Shown here piece after piece: positions 57,542-64,000 of a stretch of DNA of 64,000 nt (its first letter is position 1; the number at the start of each line of letters is the position of its first letter). The notes under the pieces were generated by a model. It worked only from the letters and a program-made list of their open reading frames with translations, did no database searches and was not told where the DNA came from. The DNA is from Macrostomum lignano. Taxonomy: Eukaryota. The position numbers were made by a program, and so were the translations under genes. Location of the stretch: the NCBI GenBank assembly GCA_002269645.1, contig NIVC01000033.1, forward strand, positions 175,335 through 239,334, written 5' to 3'.

Positions 57542-60500
57542 ATGCCGCATGCTAAGGTTAATCCAGCAGCAAATAAATTTAACGAGAAGGACGCCGAGAT
57601 CTTGTCGAGCACCTCCATCGACAAACAAGATGATGTGAGTACTCGATGGGAGAGACAGTTTTAGGCATAGGGTAGAGAGCAGGCTAAAGCATAATACGCT
57701 TTATCAGCAACTTTACATGCACGGTTTTACCTATTTCTTTAAAATCCAGCGACTCAAAGTGTTCAGCCGGAGGTTTGAAGAATACCCCGATGCGAGCGTT
57801 GTGGACGTCTTCAAGAGCGGCATGCGGGTCTCGGCGTCCAGGCCCTGTCTGGGTACCAGGTTCGATATCAACTCGCCATTCACCTGGATGTCTTATCAGG
57901 AGGTAAAGTTCACTATGAACTTGTAATTTAGTGGGATGTGCTTGCGCCCTGCTGAATGCCCTGCTGAAGAGTTCAGTTAAGACATAAACTCATCATAATT
58001 TTGGGCCTTAATTTCGATTTCGGAAGCAGAACAGCTCAGTCCGCCCCCCCCCCCACGAGGGCCAACCCTCCAAGGCACAGAACTAGAGTACACGCCTGAG
58101 AAAGTCAGGACCGCTGCGCATCCTGTGTGAGCGTGTTTGAGTACGTGCCTGCGTACAGTATTGGCGCGTCTCTGTGCTCAGGAGCCAGCGGAATGGGCGG
58201 CATTGCCTCAGCGCTGGTTGTGGGAGGATATCACCGAAGGCGTTGCGCCAGGGTGCCAACAGCCCTCCTGTACATGTATACCACGAGTGTTTTGATTTTT
58301 TTATATTAAAAAGTTGACCGGTAACGGGCCGACTGTCTGTCACCACAGTTCATGATGGGTTGGTAATTCCTGGAATATCTAAGATCCCACTGAAGAGTAG
58401 CAAAGAAAAGAATGTGAAGCAAATCTCTTTTAGTGTGCTCAATATGTTGTGAATAAGGTTTCTTGTTCGTGTCACTGTCTCCTGGTTGACGTCACTGTCT
58501 CCTGGTTGACGTCACTGACTCTTGGTGGATGTCACTGTCTTTTGGTGGGCGGCACTATCTCTTGGTGGGAGTCCCTGTCTCTTGGTGGACGTCACTGTCT
58601 CTTGGTGGACGTCACTGTCTCTTGGTGGACGTCATTGTATGTTGGTGGACGTCACTGTCTCTTGGTGGACGTCACTGTCTCTTGGTGGACGTCATTGTAT
58701 GTTGGTGGGCGTCACTGTCTCTTGATGGACGTCACTGTCTCTTGGTGGACGTCACTGTCTCTTGGTGGACGTCACTGTCTCTTGGTGGACGTCACTGTCT
58801 CTTGGTGGACGTCACTGTCTCTTGGTGGACGTCACTGTCTCTTGGTGGACGTCACTGTCTCTTGGTGGACGTCACTGTTTCTTGGTGGACGTCACTGTCT
58901 CTTGGTGGACGTCACTGTCTCTTGGTGGACGTCACTGTCTCTTGGTGGACGTCACTGTCTCTTGGTGGACGTCACTGTCTCTTGGTGGACGTCACTGTCT
59001 CTTGGTGGACGTCACTGTCTCTTGGTAGGCTTTTGGTGTGTGCTGTACACTCAGATGCCCTGTCGAAGAGGTGGCTGAAATGGAGCTCTTGTTATTCAAC
59101 GAGCCTGTAGCGGGTGATTCGGGGGGGGGGCGGCCCCCGGTAGGTTGACTGTCGTAATAACTAGCAGCCCATTGACTTCTGACAGACTTATAACACAGAC
59201 TTATAACACATAACTTGAAAAAAAACTTACAGGTGTTCACCGAAGCGCTCAACATCGGTGCATTCCTGGCCGCCGTTCTCAAACTGCCGCCGGAAAGTTT
59301 TGTGGGAATTTACACCAAGAACCGCGCCGAGTGGGTGATACTGGAGCTCGGCTGCTACCTGTACTGCCTCACACCAGTGCCGCTGTACGACACCTTGGGC
59401 CCGGAGGCCACGGACCACATTCTGATGCAGACTCGCATTAGTGTCATCCTGTGTGAGACTCCCCAGCACGTGACCAATCTGCTGCGCTTAAAGAACTCCG
59501 CCCAGCTCCTGCACATCATCCAGCTGAGCGGCCGGATACCAAAGGTCAACGAGATCAAGCAGCAGGCCTGGGGCTGGCAGGAGGCGCTGAAGGCAGGGCG
59601 GGAAAATCCAGTCGAGCAGCGCCAGCAGCCCAACAGGAAAAGCCTGGCTCTGCTGTGCTACACCAGCGGAACTACCAGTGAGTCAAGGGAAAATGAATCC
59701 CAGAGGCAAACGTATCTAAAATCAAGTCTCTTCAAGTTGTTTGACAGTCTTTGAAGCCTTACATGTAGTTTTTTGTCGCGAGTCTTATTCCATTAAGTAT
59801 CTGATGACTGCATGGCGTGTAGGCAGAAATCAGCAAATCATTTTTTCTTCTAAAATTGCTACAATCGAGAAAAATCCCGGAACTCAGAAGCTGATTTCAG
59901 CAGGTGTAGCATTCTCCTGTTTGATTTAATGCCCCTCCGGAGACAGAAATAGGCGATACGCTTGTAGCTCGTAGGTTAATGGAGTCTACCGGCAAAATCG
60001 AAAACCACAGGCTTGGGAAGCAGCAGTCAAGGTTTATTATGGCAAAAGCACAAAATGCTGAAAGACAGATGTGGGCAGACAAGGACAGTATGAAGGGAAG
60101 AATCGCATTCTTACATTCTTTAATATTTTCCCTTTGCTTTGCACCCAGGCCTCCCGAAGGGCGTTCAAATTACGCACGGCAATTTAATAGCCGAATCGCT
60201 GGCCATGACGGACCTTTTGATAACTCACGGCAAGCAGGTGAGAGAACAAGTTTGCTAAAAGTTTGAGGTTGCTGACAGTTAATTGATTCGATTGACTGTC
60301 GACAATATTTTATCTGGCTGAGTCTAATTAAGCATGCAGAAAGTGTCGACAGCTTCAAACCCGGAACTTTTACAGTACGTGTCCACCGCCAGCTGCGATG
60401 ACGTCTACCTGAGCTACCTGCCCCTGGCTCACATCTTCGAGCGAATTATGCACGTTTTATGCTTCATGCATGGCATGAGAATCGGATTCTACCGTGGCGA

Positions 60501-62202
60501 CATTCTCACCCTAGTCGACGACATGAAGGAGCTCAAGCCGACCATTTTCTGCACTGTGCCTCGGCTGCTGAATCGGATTTACGACAAGACCTTGGCCCAG
60601 GCGAACTCCAACTGTCTTAGGGCTGCCATCTTCCGCATGGCGCTTAGGCGCAAAACTAATGAAGTTAATCGGCGAGTCATTCGGAAGAATTCCATCTGGG
60701 ACTCGCTGGTGTTTAGCAAGATTCAGGTGAGAGCCCCCTGCTATCAATGTTGATGCATAGGTCATGACTCATGATCCCGTACTTTAACTACTAGATGGAC
60801 CACTTAGGCGAATTATGTTGACGTACTAATGACACCTGCCCCCCTCTGCGTACGCCACTGTGCTATTGATTCAGCCATAATGTGTATACATAAGCCAGCA
60901 ACATTGAAAATTAAAAAAGGCAGCTTTAGGAAGGACAATGAAAAATTGTGGAAAGACGCGATTAGCGCGGTGAAAAATCGGCTATTCAGGTTATGGTAGT
61001 GGTCATTAGTAATGTGAGGCGTTCCTCCAGCAAGTCTCAAATCAGCTTCTTTATAATTTATATTTTGGGCTATTCAAAAAGGATCATAAAGTCCAAAATA
61101 GAGCAGCAAACTTATTTTGAACCCATTGAGCAGGCCTCCACCGGCAACCGCATCCGGCTAGTCATTGTGGGCTCCGCCCCTCTAGCCGAAGAGGTGATGC
61201 GCTTCTCAAGGGCGGCCTTCGGCTGCCCGGTGGTGGAAGGCTACGGCCAGACGGAGACCACAGGTGGTTCCACCGTCACGCTACCAGGCAATCCCCAGAC
61301 GGGCAACGTCGGAATGCCGCTGTTCAACAACGTCGTCCAGCTGCAGGACGTCCCGGAAATGGGCTACTACGCTAAAGACGGCTCGGGCGAAGTCTGCATC
61401 AAAGGCTTAAACGTCATGCCTGGCTACTTCCATATGGAAGCGGAGACGGCCAATATCATGAACTCCGACGGCTGGATGCACACGGGTGACATTGGTCAAT
61501 GGTCCAGCGACGGTTTTCTGAAGATCATCGACCGAAAGAAGCACATTTTCAAGTTGTCCCAGGGCGAGTACGTTGCTCCAGAAAAGATTGAACAGATTTA
61601 CAGCACCAACGTCTACGTGTATCAGGTGTTCGTGCACGGAGACAGCCTGGAGAATTTCATTCTGGCCGCGGTTGTGCCCAACCCGGAGGCTGTGATGGCT
61701 TGGGCAAAGAAGCGGCGCAAACCGGAAAATTTGAAAGACCTGTGCAACGATTTGGAACTAAAAACGGAGATCCTGCAGAGTATGCAAGCCACGGGGAAGG
61801 CTAATGATCTCAAGTCTTTCGAGCAGGTACGGCGACATCGTATGTAAAGTTTTACTGCGCAATTGGTTTTGTGTAAAGGCTAATCATATGCGGTAATGGA
61901 GGCTCAGTGATATATCGAATCGAAGTGTACTACATGTGTCTCGCTAAGGCCCTTTACAACCAATTCCAACTTCAATCCATTCCAACGCCAATTTACATGT
62001 AGGTTTTAGAAGGCATTCAGCAGCTAGTATGAGGCTATATCGCCTACCATCCTGTCACTTGCAGGTGCGGGACATACACCTGCACCACGAGCCGTTTAGC
62101 GTTGAGAACGGCCTCCTGACGCCAACGTTCAAGGCTATGCGCAACGAGTTGCGTCGATTATTTGGCGAAACGTTCACAAAGATGTACCGCGACCACCGAT
62201 AG
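57542..62202 (+). CDS. ACSL: Long-chain fatty acyl-CoA synthetase (ACSL1/5/6 family), 653 aa
   Basis: Exons 57542-57634, 57750-57902, 59233-59677, 60149-60237, 60376-60726, 61134-61826, 62065-62202; 1962 nt, phase-consistent. Motifs YTSGTTSLPKG, SYLPLAHIFER, EGYGQTE, GWMHTGDIG, IIDRKKHIFKLSQGEYVAPEKIE, ENGLLTPTFK. Confidence 0.94.
58470..59026. repeat. 20-bp array CTTGGTGGACGTCACTGTCT, ACSL intron 2
   Basis: Directly visible. Confidence 0.96.
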
Positions 62203-63693
62203 GCGTCCGCGTGATCCATCTTCTGGATGCAACACTGCCCCGCTTGATGCAGATGCACTTTTTAATAATAATCTCTTAATCTCTTATACTTTCACTTGCA
62301 AATTTATTTTATTTTTTCTTCTTCATAAAGACAATTGCAATTTTTTTTCTCGAACTTTTTCAAATCACGTTTTTGGACAAACAATATTCTTGCTGATCTC
62401 ATCATATTTTAAAACAACTAATGCAATTGCACGCTGAAGGCTAAAGAACAGAAAGGTGAATGCATATGGTGTGGTAAACCACAAGAATAAACCCGACTCG
62501 GTCTTCATGTAATATGCCAGAACCGATAACTGTTCTCCCTTTTTCACTCTGAATCGACTCTCAAGCTGGAAATTAAACCATAGACCAACGAATGAAAACC
62601 AATTGTTAGCAAGTCTTCAATGCAACAACTGGAGCGGTGGATAAAATATTATAGACCATACGGCTGTTGAATCTTCAAGTCATTCGATGTTTTTGGTCAC
62701 CGTGTCGTATACTAACGGAAGCAAACTTTCGAAAAGTACTGCGTTTGACATTAAGGACAGAACTCCCAAGAGCGACAGCGTTCTCGGCACAGGTGCATGG
62801 ACTGCTCCCATAATTGAGGGTCCCTCTAGTCGACGCCGTAAGCTGAGAGCAAGGCATTGGCGCAGTGGCGATTTCATGGCTGATCACTTGACTCTGCGTT
62901 GAAGAAGCGATATCAAGAGAGCCCTGCACCTACCTGCCATAGCTACTTTGTCTTCACGGGAAATCACTAAATGAGATGGAAGTACTACAGCAAATAAACG
63001 AAGGACGCTACAAAGTAATCAACAAGGCCCGTAAAATTTTATAATTTCTGCAGAGAGTTTAAGTTTGCAAACAGCTATATCAGCGTTCAAAACGCTGATA
63101 TGCTATTACAAACTTATCATAGATATTTAATGTTAGACCCACCCATTTGCCTGCACTAAAACAGCCACGCAGACAATGCGTGCCCTCTCTGTGTTAATTT
63201 ATCTAACTGCTCAACTATGCAAAAAAGCAAATAAGATGGGTGGGGCGGAAAAATATTACGCCACCACCCCAACGCTGCCCCAAACACAATTCCGAGCATT
63301 ATAAATACAATGCAATTGAAAGAGCCGAGGCTCTCCACTGCCGAGTTGAGTAAAGTTTGAGCTCAAACCTAAGAAAAGGACTTGTCTCAGTTCTTCGAAG
63401 CTTCTGTCTGTCGTGACAGAGGGGTAGCAGGCGTGTAAGGTAGTTTGCGTGAGAGGCCTTTCAGAGACTACCGATAAACGACCTGTTACAAGCTAGTTCA
63501 GAAACGGCTGTAGAGAAGCTGCCTGTTCCAGATGAACCTGAACTGTTTGAGGTGAAAGCGAATTTATAGAGGCGCTGTGGGTGCGAGTTTTCATTCCGTT
63601 AGTAAGTCTACCAAAAGACATTTGTCTCTACTGCAACTTCTTCGGATTTTGAGATATGCAGCTCCTTAAAAGAGAGATGTATAACTATATACA

Positions 63694-64000
63694 TCTGCTG
63701 TGCTCCGTGCCTACAACGTGCCGCAGCAGCTTATCTCCGCCATCATGGCGCTGTATCAGGACACCACCGCCGCGGTAGCGACGCCAGACGGACCGTCGGA
63801 CCTGTTTAGCACGACGTCCGGAGTGCTACAGGGTGACACTCTGGCGCCCTTTCTCTTCGTGCTGGTGATGGACTGGGTGCTCAGGATCGGCCTGCCGACA
63901 TCAGAGGACGGCTTTCTGCTGCAAAGGCGCACCAGTAGACGGCACCCGGAGAAGAAACTGTCTGTCCTTGGCTACGCGGACGACCTCGCCCTGCTGTCTT
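63694..64000 (+). mobile_element. 5'-truncated RTE-like LINE, reverse transcriptase core, runs off the window
   Basis: Open frame AVLRAYNVPQQLISAIMALY...SGVLQGDTLAPFLFVLVMD...LGYADDLALLS. Confidence 0.9.

Noticed and set aside
62675-63338. Short ORFs downstream of ACSL
   Set aside because: No motifs, no coherent splice structure and no codon bias like the real exons.

Overview
Eukaryotic, intron-rich animal DNA: GC-rich exons are separated by introns filled with tandem repeats. The style suggests a Macrostomum-like flatworm (inference, not proven). Hand-spliced, phase-consistent gene models: TLC-domain TLCD5/TMEM136-like first exon (-); SCYL3/PACE1 pseudokinase (-, 7 exons); AK8 adenylate kinase (+, 6 exons, head-to-head with SCYL3); SSUH2 homolog (-, 4 exons); an unrecognised ~104-aa acidic protein starting MGCEGS (+, 4 exons); a DEG/ENaC channel (+); and a long-chain acyl-CoA synthetase (+, 7 exons). 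Mobile DNA: an apparently intact 2389-bp piggyBac (TTAA duplication, TIRs, 570-aa DDD transposase) lying sense inside SCYL3 intron 4; a tRNA/CORE-type SINE whose tail matches a LINE 3' end in the same window; a second SINE-like family; and RTE-type fragments. About 25 different micro/minisatellites generate most of the long ORFs in the track, and those ORFs are spurious. Best leads: a possible SCYL3-transposase fusion splice, the new dual-acylation-motif microprotein behind an X-box, and satellites built from transcription-factor motifs.
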